NCBI RefSeq assembly: GCF_009914755.1 | Contig: NC_060931.1 | Strand: one strand, 5' to 3' | Source of the DNA: the human T2T-CHM13v2.0 reference genome, Homo sapiens | Length of the DNA: 64,000 nt | Shown: in pieces, positions 11,951-30,165 of the stretch | Layout of the letters: the number at the start of each line of letters is the position of its first letter | Numbering within the stretch: the first letter of the stretch is position 1 | The notes under the pieces: model-generated | Database searches by the model: none | What the model saw: only the letters and a program-made list of their open reading frames with translations | Told to the model about the DNA's origin: nothing | Program-made: the position numbers and the translations under genes

Positions 11951-13411
11951 AGCTTAATCTCAAGATAGCATGGTGTCTTGCCAGAATGGATGGAGAAAAA
12001 GTATAGAATATGTTGACATTTTAATAGAAAGATAATAAGATACCTCCAGAAATTTACATAACCTTTAAAGTTATTCTTTGGGGATTCTGTTTGTCATAGA
12101 TTTGAGCCTGTCCTAGTCTTAACACGAATTTTGGAGCTGAGTAAACATCTCCTTAGTAAGTGTGTATGAGTAAACAAATCATGAATATGGTCTACAAAAT
12201 AGCAAATTGTTGAAAAGCTAAGATTCAGGAGAAATTTTCAGAGAGAAAAGCATTGCTTATATATATTTGGCTTTTATAAAAAAAAATTCAAACTAACGTG
12301 TTAACAACGCAAGCCAAATGATTTTGCTGTAAGAAAAAAAACCCAAAGCCTTTAAAATGAGAAAGTCTTCCTTACAAAAGAAAGATGATTAAGATATGTT
12401 AAGATACATTGATTCCAAGAACTGTAAATTTATGTGTAAAAAGCTATTATCGGGAGTTAAAAGGATAAAGAGATTATTATTCTTTAACAGAATGAAGTGC
12501 CGTAATGAACATCATAGGTGCCCGATAAATGTTGACTGAGCGTTATCATCAGTTAATTGAAGCATTGAGAAAGGACTAAATCACCTGAAAAGTTTTTCCT
12601 GACTCTGTAATGTTCTCCTTTCTACCAGTTACATGAAAACTTAATCAGAAGCCCCATTGGTCAAAGGCTGGCTTTGGGGCAAATATTTAAATCTGTTACA
12701 AAACAGCCAGTAGAATGGGAGGTTGTGTGTGTGTTCAAAGTATCCCCTCAAAATGCAGATGATTGGAACAAAAGCATGAAGGGAAAAAACGGGGACAGCT
12801 GAGCTGCAACTGATTACGCAGTTTTCTTTTATGCTTTCTGAATTCCAAGGTGAAAACGATGACTGTGAGTCTAACCTGTTACAGAGGCTAAAAGTGGCTT
12901 CAAAAGCAATGTCTAAAAGAGAACAAATACATGATACAAGCATTATGTAGTCAACATGGCACTGAAATTCTTTGGGCTCCCGGAGAGTTTAGGAGAAAAC
13001 CTTAACTGATTTTTCTTCATTCTAATTATTGTCCTAACACTTAGCATAATATTTGAGAAAGGAAATAATAGACAACTCCTGCTCATTCTCCATCACCACA
13101 ATGAGTACTTTTCCTTCCCCTTAAATAAAATGGCTCCATCAATAACACTTGCATTTGTTTCTGAATAACCAGCTGTTGTTTCCATCTTGCAGAACACCAG
13201 TAAGGTGCTAGTGAGAACCCGAAACAGTTTCTAAGGAGAATGGCTATTGAATGATGGGATCAGAAATTAGGAGAGAAATAAGGTGCGTTTTCCAGTGTAC
13301 AACAGGATGACAAAATTTTCTATGAAAAAAATATTTACATATTCAATTCAATAATTTTTTCAAGAGCTTCCCAGATTCAAGATATGCTAATAGGACCACA
13401 AGAGTTGGATT

Positions 13412-13580
13412 TGTGTTAAGCTACTAACAGAGACTTGGAATAGCGGTGGATTAAATGAAATAGGGCTTTATTTTTTCTCACTTAAATTGGAAGGTAGGCA
13501 GTCTAGGGCTGGTGCGATCTCCACTGTGTCACTGGGCTGTTGCCCTTCTGTCATTCTATTCTGCCATCCTAGGCAAAGCA
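13412..13580. mobile_element. Old MLT1 (ERVL-MaLR) LTR fragment
   Basis: gtggattaaat..tttattttttctcac..aggtaggcagtctagggctggt..ttctgccatcct resembles old MLT1 LTRs. Confidence 0.5.
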
Positions 13581-13602
13581 AGATTGCCCAAAGGTAAACC
13601 CA

Positions 13603-14762
<1,160 letters not shown>

Positions 14763-16270
14763 GGGGTTCATAGTTTTATTGGCACACACACACACATGTG
14801 TGCACACATGTACACAGTAAATCCAGTATCTTCCTCAGGAATAGTTACAAGGTAAGAACCATACAACAAACCCCCAAATATGTGACTTATTTTCAGATTT
14901 CTGGATACTATTCAAATTCTACTGGCGCTAAGAAGCTAATTATGAGGAAACAGGACAGAAAAATCTGTTAATGAAAGAGAAATATTTCAGGTCCATCCAT
15001 TGGATACCTCATGATAATATAAAGAAAAGTTCCTGCTGCGCAAATATTTTGCAAGTGTGCTCTAGTCTTATAACATCTCAGCCTTCTTAGCTATCCCTGT
15101 TTAAATGAAGGAAGAAGCAGACTGCCTACCAAAACAATCCTTTTGGATAAGCGCAAACACAGATAATAATGAATTTTATGGAATTGAACTTAATAATAAC
15201 AAGGAGGTAAAGTGATAAGTTTGTCCTGATAAGTTAATATTAATGGAGGATACCACTGAAGGTAAAACAAAACCAGCTCCCCACTCTACCCGCCCCAAAT
15301 CTGCACTTGCAGTAAAACCCCCCCGCAAAAAAACAAAATAAGAATTATGACACTAAAGCCCCAAAATTCTATCTTAATTCTTCAAAAAGAACACTCATTT
15401 CAGAGATATTTTCAAATTAATGCCAGTTATTTTGAATGAGCAAATTATAGGAATATTCATATAGGAAATAAGTTTTTCAGGAGCTATTTAATGGTCTTAT
15501 GTCTTAAGGGATCCTTTTAGCTGAGTAATTCCAAGGCTTCTTAGTGTTTGCCAAGTTACTGTCCCTCTTCTCCCTCTGAGGTAATCTAAAATGAATTAAA
15601 TTAGCAATGTATTTCATCTCATGTGACTGAAACAGTGTCATATTCCTAATACATAGGAATATATATTTATTTGTTTCAAGTGGAACTTAATCCATAGGCC
15701 ATCTCTGATTTGACGTTGATTATCATGTAGACTGAATTCACTAATATCTCTCTTGCATGTATATGTATTTATATAAATTATATATGGACATACAAATACA
15801 AACTACTCATTTACATATGATCTGGTCTATTTTATTGCATTGTTGATACATATTTTTGATGTTCTCAATGTTCCTTATGGTCTTAGATCTCAGCCAGCGT
15901 GAGCAAGTGAGGCAGAATGCCCCTTTCTCTTGGTGTGTGGATACTGTAAGGCAAATGAACCCTCTACCATTCCTTCTAGACAGATGTTTATAAGCCCCTA
16001 CAGTTCTGCAATCTTTTTATTTCCTGATTCACGTTTGGCAGCATCATAAGTACTCATTGTACCTGTTCTATAGTAGGGGATGTTGAGACAGAGCTTAAGC
16101 TATTATCATTATCAATGTGTTTAATAAGAGCCGTACATATAAATCTCTCCAGAGCTCAGCTCATTAATAAGAAAAACAATCACTTTCTCTTTAGAGTTGC
16201 TGAGAGATTAAAATTAGATAATCTAGAAGAACAAACTTAGAAAAAATGATGTTTAAAAATTATTAAAATC

Positions 16271-16553
<283 letters not shown>

Positions 16554-17496
16554 CTACAGGTGTTATAAATTTAAAGGGTGTTATAAATGTAAAGAAAGAT
16601 TACATCAAATTTTATTAATAAAAATAAAGTCATTTATTCCTGGATTGTGTAATCCTTAAAAACAAATTTGGATTTACTCAAGAATATGGACTAATTTGGC
16701 CAGTTTAATTCCTGTGACATTTGTACTTTCTATGTAGCAAAACAAAGCTTTTGTTATACCCTCAGCAGAGCTAGTTATATCTTTAGGCAGATTTGTGTGT
16801 GCATGTGAAAATAGAACAAATGTTTAATTAGTAGCATTAACTTTTATTAATTAAAATTAACTTCCTTTCCTTTCAAAATTAAGGCTATAATGAAGAGAGG
16901 AGCCTTGTTTTACACTAAAAGAAAGGTAATTATTTTCATTATCACATCAGCTTAGATTTCTGCATAAATAATGCTGCTCTCCATCTCACCACCCCTAGTA
17001 TCATCCATTGGAACTTCTGCAAGAAAATGCTGGTGATGGCATCAAAATGGGACTTTTTTTTTTTTTTTTTTAATTCACTGCAGTTGGAGAATTTTGTCAT
17101 GTGCCATAGAGTAGAATCCTGCTTCTGACTAGGAACTATGCTGGAGTTTGGCCTAGCATAAGCCCAGAGTTCACAGCTGAGCCCTAGTCTTCATAGATGT
17201 AGAGCTAATGACTCCTCAGAGGGTCACACTGTCCAATAAAGAACAGGATTTAACTAAAAAATTAGGATGAAACTCTCTTGGTTCTTCGTATAGCTCGCTC
17301 CCCCTACACAGGGACAATTGGGAAGAATCACTGAAAATTCGGGTGCAGATAATTAAGGTAGTTCAGGTGAAACATGGACAAACATTTGGTTTAATCATGG
17401 AATAAGAGGCTGAATTGCAACTGCAATTCCTGTTTCTTAACCGTCAATCTGATGAGCTTTTCCTCTTCCAGTTTTAACTCAGTCACAAACTTGTTT

Positions 17497-17915
17497 GGCA
17501 GATACTGTTAATCATTTCCCCAATATTTATTCTTCCCCTTTTCTACAGTAATATAAGTTTCAGTTGAGCACATTATTGCTAAGTTACATTGGTTTTAGCT
17601 TCCCTTGTTGCAAGGTGTGGTCATGTGACTAGGTTGTAGTGAATAGGATATGATGGAAAGACATGCATATAACTTTTGTGTCCTGCCCTTGAAAGAAACA
17701 CATCCTAATCTTTACTTTCTCCCTTTCCCACTGGTTAGATCGCCTTTGGCCATGCAGGTGAGGGCAACACCTTGGGAATGGCAAGGAACCTGGGCCTCTG
17801 ACCCCCCTGAGCTGCCATATTGCCTTGGCCCTTCTGCCTGGATTGTTTTATGAGAAGGAAATAAAGTCACTATATTTTAAAAATATTATTGCAGCTCAGC
17901 CTTTATCCTCATCAA
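17497..17915 (+). mobile_element. MLT1 (H/I/J-type) LTR
   Basis: ttagcttcccttgttgcaaggtgtggtcatgtgactagg..atgagaaggaaataaa..ttattgcagc. Confidence 0.65.
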
Positions 17916-18547
17916 TCCAGTTGTCTGCCCCATGACATTGGATTGGACCTTCATTTCTCATGAAGTTTGTATTCTGAAACAATGATTCTCGATCTGTGGG
18001 TCCCAGGACCATGAGGGTCTGTGGTGGTGACACAAAGGATCCTAGGATTCAAATCCCTAACAAGTAATGCCCACAAACAGAACCACTTGCTTGACAAACA
18101 GAAACAACACTTTTTGGAATGTATATGATGTGATTACAAAATAAAATTTATTTAAAACCATTAATGTATTTCTTGAAATGAAGGTATGTTATTGATGAGT
18201 CTCTTAGCTTTGTACATCTGAAAAATTCTATTTCGCTTTTGTTTTTGAAAATTTTTTTACTGCTAAGGAAATTTATATTGACTTTTTTTCTTTCAGTACT
18301 TTTAAAGATTTTGCTTCATTGTTTCCTGGCTTGCATTGTTTTCAATGAGAAATCTTCTATTATCATTATTTTTGGCCCTCTTTTTTTTTTTTCAATGGTT
18401 GCTTTAAAGACTTTTTTTTCCCTATCATTGGTTTTAAGCAGTTTGATTATGATGTCCTTAGTGTTGTTTATTCTTACATTTTTGGCTTTGCTGAGCTTCT
18501 TGGAGCTGTGGGCTTATGGTTAAAATTAAACTTTGAAAAACTCTATC

Positions 18548-19950
18548 CATACCCAGAATAGCCAACACAATATCAAAGGAGAAAAACAAAGATGAGGGAC
18601 TGATACTACCTGACTTCAAGACTTACTATAAATATGCAGTAATCAAGAGTGTGGCACCAGCAAAATAATAGACAAATAGACCAATGGAACAGAATAGAGA
18701 GTTCAAAAATAGATACAAATATAGTCACCTGATCTTGGACAAAGGAACAAAGGCAAGTCAACGGAAAAAAAGTCTTTTCAACAAATGGCATCCGCATGCA
18801 AAAACATGAATCTAGACACATCTCTTACACTTTGCAGAAAAATTAACTCAAAATAAATCATAGATCAAAGTATAAACCACAAAAGTATAAAACCCCTAGA
18901 AGATAAATATAGAAGAAAATCTAGATGACCTTGGGTTTGATGGTAACATCTTAGGTACAATACCAAAGGCAAAATTCACAAAAAAAAAATGGATAAATTG
19001 GACTTTATTAAAATTAAAAACTTCTGTTGTGCAAAAGGTACCATCAAGAGAATGACAAGGCAATATACTAGGAGATAATATTTTCAAAAATATATCTGAT
19101 AAAGGACTATTATTCAAAATAGACAACTCTTAAAATCAACAATTAGAAAATTCATAATCCAATTTTAAAAATAGACAAAAGGGCTGGGCGTGGTGGCTCA
19201 TGGCTCATGCTTGTAAACCTAGCACTTTGGGAGGCTGAGGAGGGTGGATCACAGGAGCCCAGGAGTTCAACACCAGCATGGGCAACATGGTGAAACCCTG
19301 TCCCTCAAAAAGAAAAAAAAAAAAAAAAGCCAGGCGTGGCGGTGGCATGCCTGTAGTTCCAGCTACTTGGGAGGCTGAGATGGGAGATCTCTTGGGCCTG
19401 GAGAGGTCAAGGCTATAGTGAGCTGGGATCATGCCACTGCACTCAAGCCTGGATGACAGAGTGAGATCCTTTCTCAAAAATAAGTGGCAACAGATCTGAA
19501 CAGATGCCTCACCAAAGATGATATACAGATGACAAATATATAAAATGCACAGCATCATATATAACTAGGGAATGGCAAATTAAAAGAATGAAATACCACT
19601 ACACACCTATTAAAATGGCCCACATCCAAAACACCGACAATACCAAATGCTGATGAAGGAAATCTCCATTGTTGGTGGGAATGCAAAGTGGTATAGCCAC
19701 TTTTGGAAAACGGTCTTGCAGTTTCTTATAAAATTAAACATGCTCTTGCCATATGAGCTAGCAATTGCACTCTTTGGTATGTACTCAAATGAGTTGAAAA
19801 CATGTCCACACAAAAACCTGTACAGGAATGTTTGTAGCAGTTTTATTTATAATTGCCAAAAATATGAGTGTGTGTTTAAGGATGTATGGGAATTCTCTGT
19901 ATTTTTTGCTTAATTTGTCTGTAAAACTAAAACTGTTCTAAAAAGACTTT
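18548..19950 (+). mobile_element. L1MC/MD-type 3' fragment with internal deletion and nested AluJ
   Basis: ORF2 homology (ctacctgacttcaagacttactataaa = LPDFKTYYK; gaccaatggaacagaatagag = DQWNRIE); 3' end gggaattctctgta..taaaactgttctaaaa. Confidence 0.85.
19182..19480 (+). mobile_element. AluJ
   Basis: Dimeric Alu with J-type features. Confidence 0.9.
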
Positions 19951-21350
19951 ATTATCTAAAATTCTTCAGTTTTTATGTCTTCGAAAATGTTTTTGGCTCC
20001 TCCTTTTCTCTCCTCTCTTTTGGAGACCAGCTACACATATATTTAACTGTCTGAAGTTGTCCTATAATTCACTTATGTTCTGTTTTTTTTTGGTCTTTTT
20101 TATTTTTCATAGTTTTTATCGCTATGTCTTCAGTGTTACTGACCCTTTCTTTAGCAAAGTCCGTTCTGCTATTAATTTTATCCAGTGAATTTTTTTACCT
20201 CATCAATTGTAGTTTTTATCTGTAGATGTTCAATTTGGGTCTTTTAAATATTTTCCATGTCTGTACTTACTGTGTTCAGTCTTTCCTCTAGTTTCTTGAA
20301 CATATGAATGCAATCATAATAACTTTTAAAATCTGTGTCTACTTATTTTATAATTTATCATTTATGAGTCAGTTTCAATTGATTGATTTTACTCTCATTA
20401 TGTTTGTATCTTTCTGCTTCTTTCCATTTCCTATAATTTTTAATGGGATCGCAGACACGGTAAATTTTATGTTATTGCATAGTACATACTTCTGTATTTC
20501 TAAAATATTTTTGAGCCTTGTTCTGCATGTGGTTAGGTTACTTGAAAACAAATTGAACCTTTTTGGTTTTGCTTTCAAGCTTTTTTTAGGTGAGACCAGA
20601 GCTGTGTTTAGTCAGGGGTTATATTTCTCTACTATTGAGGCAATAGCATTATTTATATTCTAACAGACTGATGCCCCCTGATATATGAGGAATTCCCCTT
20701 TGGCTGTTGAAAACAGGCACTGCTGTCAGATTGGTGTGAGACTTGGGGGCACTGTTCTTTATCATCCTTTCTGATGGTTCTTTCCCTGGTCTCTAGGACT
20801 TTCCTCATCTGCATGGGCTGATTCATACTCAGCTGAATACTGGAGGGGAAAACTGTAGATCTCTGGAATTTTCTCTCTGTACAACTGTCTCCTTTCTGGT
20901 ACCTTGCCTTGCAAACCCAGTCCATCTTGGCTATATTCTGAGCTCCATCTCTTAATTCACTGAGACTGCCAAGCTCTTCCTGGGTTCCCACTTTTTCTAG
21001 CATGGCCCGGAAACTTTTTCCAGGTGCTAAGTTAGGGAAAGCATAGAGTTCATCTCATCTGTCTCCAAGGGATGACCATTCTTCTTTGCCTAATATCCAG
21101 TATTTTGAGTAGCATTTGTTCTGTTTTGGCTATTTCAGGAGGGAACATAAATCTGGTCACTGTTATTCCATTTTGATCAGAAGTCAAAGTCCCTCCATTA
21201 AAGAATTTGCATTATGTATTTCTTGATCTATATTATATGCATTGATATATATTTATATGCATTTGATATAAATTTGATATATAGTATATGCATTTCTACT
21301 ATTTTTTTGAGGAGGGTCTAGGAATTCTCTGATATTAAAAAAGGTCCTCA

Positions 21351-21657
21351 GGCTGGGTGCAGTGATTCATGCCTGTAATCCCAGCATTTTGGGAGTCCGA
21401 GTTGGGAGGATGACTTGAGGCCAGAAGTTCAAGGCCAGCTTGGGCAATATGGTGAGACCTCATCTCTAATAAAAATAATAATTAAAAAAAAAGCCGGGTG
21501 TGGTGGTACATGCCTGTAGTCCTAGCTGCTCAGGAGGCTGAGGCAGGAGGCTCCCTTGAGCCCAAGAATTCAAGGTTGCAGTGAGCTATGATTGTGCCAC
21601 GGCACTCTAGCCTGGGTGACAGAGCAAGACTTTGCCTCAAAAAGAAAAAAAAAAAAA
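21351..21657 (+). mobile_element. AluJ
   Basis: Dimeric Alu; TSD aaaaaag(g/a)tcctca. Confidence 0.9.
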
Positions 21658-21665
21658 GATCCTCA

Positions 21666-22753
<1,088 letters not shown>

Positions 22754-23279
22754 AAAAGAGATCCTCACATTTGAAAATGTTGGGAAATACTAGTTTAGAT
22801 GACGTCTGAAATTCCTTACTGTGTAATATTCAATTCTTCTAATGACCTTCTAATAACCTTTGAGATTAGTCTAGTGCTAAAAGTCTTCTAGTGCTGAAAG
22901 TCCATGACTTCCTCCCCTCTTGCTGCCGCTGCCATGACAAATATGACTTGCTTAGGTAAATCTTGGACACTCCCTGATGGAGAGACCCTTACACTGGCTT
23001 ATTCTTATATTTCTCATATTTCAAGTGACTTTATTCCTTGGTGACATCCTTGAGCTGATATAGGAGACCTGCAGCAAGACACTGGAATTTGAAAAGGCTA
23101 GAAGTGGCTCTAGGAGTCTCATCACCTCTTTGGCGGCCTAAGGTTGTACAGATGTGGATGGGAAGGGAGGAGCATGAACTGATTTTTTTATATCTGTATA
23201 ACTAGGGTTTTCTATTTTATTCCCAGAGTAGTAGGATGGCTTATCATTCATTCAGTAAGCATTTATTATCTCAAACTTG

Positions 23280-24360
23280 ATGTGACCGAAAAGTATTTTT
23301 TCTCTCAGAGCTCTTTCTTCTTATCTCGGCAAGCTTAAAAACCTCAATGTTATTTTGAATTCCTTCCTAGTAGTTTACCTTATGTGCTCAATTGGTTGCT
23401 AAATTCTGGTTCATTACAAGTCTATGATTCACTACAGGAAATTGCAGTTTCCTTTATAGTGTCTCTCAGCTGTCATATCCATTTTTCTCATTCTTATTTC
23501 CATTGCCTTTCTAACCCTGCTTCTTACCTGGAATTTAAAAACATCTTCCACCTAGGATTGTGTATTTTAACCAATACAAAATCAGCTTAGGTAATCACAA
23601 AATACATAATTTGCATACTTTTTGTGACTACTTTATGCTAAGAATCGAATGTGTGTGTGGGTTGTGGTGGGATGGGAGATGATATGTCAAGTAATAGAAG
23701 ACAACTCAGGTCTTTGAGTTACTCTTTAAGTATGAAGCTAATTACATAATATTTTGATTGGCTTCAGTCCCAACTATAAAATTTTCAACGGGTTACCTCA
23801 AAATCCAATACCTAATCTAAACATTCGAAGCCTTTATCAGTCCTAATTTTCTTTATTCACCTCTCACCTTCTAATACTAATTTATGCATGTCCTCTCCTG
23901 GTCACCACCCCCCACATTCAGCCTCCTCCTTTTCCTGGACATATATTTACCAAGAACAATCACTGTCTCCTATTGCCAACGCCAAACTTGTAGTGTGTCC
24001 TTCAACTCCAGGTTGGAGTCCCCAAGAAACCCCTGGCCCTCCCTTTTCCACTTCCACCATTACTACTGCAACTTTATCTGTATGTCCCAAACAGTTACTA
24101 GAGCTCTGAATAAATGCTTGCTGAAGCAAGCTTAAATGAAATCTTTCTCACTTAGAAAAACAAGAGCCATTGGACCTATAACCATGACCCAGCTCAAACA
24201 TTATGCATTCTCCCACAAGAGATATACTTAGGCAATTAGGTCTTTGAAGGCAAAGACTCTGCCCAGCTTGTGTGTTCCCTTACACATCCACCATAGTGCC
24301 TTGAATGTACAATGTTAGGTGTTTAATCAAAGTGTGTTGAATTAATGGATGAGTGAATAG
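23280..24360 (+). mobile_element. Degenerate L2 fragments
   Basis: L2-like 3' ends (gctctgaataaatgcttgctgaa; gtgttgaattaatggatgagtgaat). Confidence 0.5.
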
Positions 24361-24599
24361 TTTGTATACAACTAGACCCTCTGAGGGTGGGGTGTTAATT
24401 CTCTTGGCTGTGTTTTGATAAAGTCTCTCCATTAATTCTTAGCCATTTTTCAAACCAAACTTTGATACTCAATACTACTATTTTATAATACTACATGGTC
24501 TGATATTCTCTATTATAGATTTTCCAAATTTACTTTATCCCCCAAATCAGGTAAACACTTGTGAAATATGTACACTCACCAGGCTCCTTCGAAATCAGA

Positions 24600-24835
24600 T
24601 TTTTTTTTTGTACAATTTATGGGGTACATGTGCCATTTTGTTACATTCATGGATTGTGTAGTAGTCAAGTCAGGGTTTTTAGGGTACCCATGACCAGAAT
24701 AACGTGCCCATTAATTAATTTCTCATCATCTGCCCCCTTTCCACCCTCTCACCCTTCCCAGTGTTCATTGCCTATCATTCCACTATGTCTATGTGTACAC
24801 AATTTTAGCACCCATTTATGGCTGGGAACATGCAA
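24600..24835 (-). mobile_element. L1MA-type 3' end fragment
   Basis: tttatggggtacatgtgccattttgttaca..tttagcacccatttat..gaacatgc. Confidence 0.7.
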
Positions 24836-25079
24836 TTCCAAATAGAAAACTTTGGTAGAGGGACCTGAGATTCTACATTTTTGACAACTAACTCAGCTGA
24901 TTCTTATGGCCAGAAGAATCTGAAAACCCTTCTCTATCGTAAAATTCAATGGGTATTAGTTGAGGATAATTATTATATTTGAGCTTTATGTCAAATATAA
25001 TTCTATGAGTATTAATTTGATGTCAAAACACCTGAACTCCAGTTTCATTCACTACCATCTAGGTGATTGGAGGCTAGTC

Positions 25080-25255
25080 TAGTTTTTCCCCAACTCTCCG
25101 CACATTAGAATCAAAGGGTATCTTTTAAAAATCCCAAAACTTAGGCCACACCCAGACCAACTAAATCTCAATCTTTAGGGCTGCCACACAGACATGAGTA
25201 CTCTTTGAAGCTCCCCAGGTGGTTCCAACATGCAGACAAGTTTGGAACAGCTGGG
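25080..25255. mobile_element. MER5A1 inserted within a MIR
   Basis: gcacattagaatca..aggccacacccagaccaactaaatc..aagctccccaggtggttccaacatgcag..gtttggaac. Confidence 0.7.
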
Positions 25256-25419
25256 ATAATCATCTACCCTCTCTAAGCCAGTTTTTTCATATATAAAATG
25301 TGCTAATAACTCCCCTCCTAAAATATAATGAAGAGTTAATCTAATTAATGCATGTGAATATACTTTATACATGACAAAACTCCGTATAAACCTAACACAT
25401 TCTATTTTAGGCTTCAAAT

Positions 25420-26002
<583 letters not shown>

Positions 26003-26682
26003 TAATATTTTCCATAAAAATTAACAAATGTGCAGTTAGAAATTTTTGTATTTTTCTGTATATTTACATTTTTTATGGTTATCATTGTGTTTGCCAGTTC
26101 AACAGATTAGCTTAGATTCAGCTCGCAAAGGAAACTACCATTCCAAAAGCTGTCCTTACAATTTAGGTACATTTCCATCAGGTGGCAGTAGTGTCTTTGT
26201 CCTGGTTGAAAGCAGGAGATCTCAGCCCTGCCAGCTATCAAAGTTTTTCTTGGCTGGGCTTTATCCCCAGATATTTTGATTCAATAGGTGTGGAGTGGGA
26301 CTGTATGTAGCATCTATAAGTTTATAAAGATCAGCATGTGATTCTGATGCCCTGTTGTTAACCACGGTGAGTTTGATATTTCTGGTTAGGCCTTCTGCTA
26401 TATCTACCAGATTTAGTCATAGACGTTCTACTTTTTAATGTCAAAAATAATCTCTTCATCATGTAAAGCAGAAACAATTTTAGAATAGTTTTTAAAAGTC
26501 TTTAAATTCACATAGGTCCCATTTCTTATTTCTACTACTGTTTAATATTTAATCCTACAATTTTTATTTAAAATGTATCTTAATATATACTCAAACCTCC
26601 CCAATGACTATGACCACGACTTGCCTTTTTAAAAAGTCAGAGAATATATGATTCCCTCATGGGCGTGAAGCTCTCTCCTTAG

Positions 26683-26850
26683 GGCAGAGGTTCTTAAACT
26701 TCAGTGTGGGCAAGTAGACCTGAGAGGTTCATTAACAATGTGCATTCTATCTTGAACTAATGGATCAATTCTTGGAGTGAGGCCAATAATTGCACATTGT
26801 AAGCCATCTCCCCAGGTTATTCTGATACACACCATATTTTGAGAACCACT
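26683..26850. mobile_element. MER5A
   Basis: cagaggttcttaaactt..ctccccaggttattctgat..ttttgagaaccact. Confidence 0.65.
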
Positions 26851-28338
26851 AACTCTGGCACTGAGAGGCTGGAGCAGCCTGGGTAAGGTAGAGAATACAG
26901 AGAGAGGGCTCACAGAGTCCAGGTGCAGATCTGTAAGAAACTGTGTTCCCTTCTTCCTGTGCTTCATCTTTGTGTAAATGGTGATAAGTGTGCTCTTATT
27001 CAGGCCATATCTGGCTCAGTAACCCTGAGGAGTTACCAAGTATTGGTTGGTAAGTTTGCAGCAGAAACCTGCCAACTTATGTTGCCAATCTTAGCATGGA
27101 ACCTGGGACACGCAGTAACTATTTATTGGTTTACACTGAGGCTATCCTCCTCTTCCTCCTCTGTTACCTTTTCTTTCCTCAACGTAACCTCTTCCATCTA
27201 TTGTCTTTTCTCCCTGTTGTGTTGGTTTGTGATCCACTCTTGAAGAAACACCCATGTAGATCAGATTTAGACACTAAAAAGAAGAAAATATTTTTCTGAA
27301 ATCCTATCAATAACAGTGAAATCACCCATTCATATTTAAGTTGCAAGAATAGCATGTTTGTTAATTATCTTGGGTTAAGTTTTTTACTATTATGTACAAT
27401 TGTATTTGGTCTTCTTTAGTTTCATGACTATGCTTTTATTTTGAGCAGTTTACTTTCATTTACTAGCATCTTAATATATACAGCCTGAGTTGTCATCTGC
27501 CTTTGATTTCAGATAAACTGTGTTCCTTCTGCAAAATATGCAGCAAATGATTTTCTACTAAAATTTGTTAGGTTGGTAGGAACACATGATAAGCTTGGAT
27601 CACTGGATTTTCATTTTTGATATTTTATGTCCTAAACACACTTGCAAGTTATTTATCAATGTTTATGTTAAATCAACATCTAATAAGTATTGCCTCAGCA
27701 TTACTTGAAACCTACAAAATCTTAACAGTAGACTTTAAAACAAAAATGTAGATCATGATAGAAGCTGGCAACTTGATTAATCTCTTTCTAAAGCCTTTAC
27801 TTAAAACTATAATTATATATGCAGTTCTCTGTCCACTCCCCTGCACCCCACCATAAACAAGTTATATTCCTTATTGTGATTTTGAAAGGAGGACTAACTA
27901 CAAATGGCTAGATTAACACTATTTATATAAGAGCTTTAATCTTGTCTGAGCCATCGCCACCTTTTTGTAGGCACTATGACTTCTCACTTAAGTTATGGCA
28001 ATTGTCCTTCCTCCTGGAAGGACCCTCCTAATCTATTATCTAACCTAAACCAAGGGTACATCTTTCTAACGTACAAACTTAATTGTACTGAATAAAGACT
28101 TTCTTTGGCTTCAAACCTTCTGGTGGTTCCCTATGAGGTGGTTATCTATTGCTCTGGCCACCTGGATCTTCTTTCTTTACTGATGGAAATAAAATGAGAG
28201 TTTAAAATTTAATATTAGAGGACACATGTGCCGGTCCTTCCTGGGGAGGAGAAGCTATAAAAGGAGAAGCTTGGGAGCTGTCAGTGGCCATGTTTTTCAC
28301 CATGTGCAGGAACCTGGTCAGTAGTGAGAAAGGATTAA

Positions 28339-29004
<666 letters not shown>

Positions 29005-29254
29005 AGAGATAGGGAATATTCTGCAGGTGGTATTAGAAGCTCTCATTCATGTGGTTCTGTCCTTCCAGAAGTTGGTTTTCCAACCCTTCCTCGGATCACG
29101 TGAGATACCCCAATACAGTCTTATGAAGAACCCCTTTTATCTAAGCCAGATAGAAATAGATTTCTGCCACTGCAAATAAAAAGGTGTTCCTTAGAATATA
29201 GCTTGTAAGGGCCTTCATGAGATGGAACTGCCTTATCAATTGAGTCTTTATAAA

Positions 29255-29762
29255 ACCCTCAGGAATGTGCTTAGCTGAAAGTAATAGAACACATGACAAG
29301 TAGACTTAAATAATAAAAGCATCCTGTTTTCTGACATATCAAGAAGTGTTGACAAAGACAGTTCCAGGGTTGGTTTATCAGCTCAACTAAATGACAGTGA
29401 CTTAGTCAGCTCTTTGCAATTCTTTGGATCTTTTCCTTGATCACAAGATGGTTGTAGGAGCTCCAAATTGTCTTTAAGACCTAGGTGAGCATTGCAGACA
29501 GGGAAGAAGAGGGCAAAAGCTTTCTCCTATCAAGGGTCTGGTTTTAGCCTCGAAGGAAGCCCTGGTGGACTTATCCTTAGATCTCATTGGCCAGAAATGG
29601 CTCACATGTCCAACTCTAGACTCATGACTGTGAAGTGAAAATTACCTTGATTAATTTCCTAGCTGTCCCTAAATCAAGGGATCCCTGCCAGTTTTCTGAG
29701 GTTCCGTCTGCAGTAAAAGGAAAGAAAGGCTGTAGTGTAGGCAAGGAACTGTGTCTGCCACA
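29255..29762 (-). mobile_element. MLT1 (J/K-type) LTR
   Basis: tcaggaatgtgcttagctgaaagtaatagaa..tcacaagatggttgtaggagctcca..tctcattggccagaa..gtgtctgccaca. Confidence 0.65.
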
Positions 29763-29819
29763 CTCATATATTTCAATTACCCTCTCTATTCTTCCACCAC
29801 TACCACCACCACCCCAGTT

Positions 29820-30165
29820 CTAAGAGCTAGCCTGACTGAACTGCCTTTGATACCCAAACATGCGAGGCTCTCTGTGGTTTCTGGGTCTTTGCACATAACT
29901 TGCTCTGCCCTATATATACTCTCTTCCCTTCATTTACTAGCATCTTGGTCTGGGTGGCTCCTACCTTTCTCTTTAGGCCTCAACTTAGACATCATTTCCT
30001 TTAGAAAGCCTTCCCTAATATATTGTAATTTTATACTTACTTATTCATATCCCCCACTGGGCTATAAACTTCTTGATGGTGTGTCGTCTGAGTCTTATTT
30101 CTCTATTGCCTCACATAGAACCTGCACGTTGTAATGATCAATAAATACTTGCAGAAGTAGATGAA
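29820..30165 (+). mobile_element. L2 3' fragment
   Basis: gggtctttgcacataacttgctctgcc..ctgggctataaacttcttga..tcaataaatacttg. Confidence 0.65.

Larger units (their letters stand above)
18190..21190 (-). mobile_element. Old L1M ORF1/5' region fragments, split by a + strand L1 insertion
   Basis: tcagtactttaaagattttgcttcattgtttcctggcttgcattg..tgagaaatc; cagctgaatactggaggggaaaactgtagatctctgga. Confidence 0.6.
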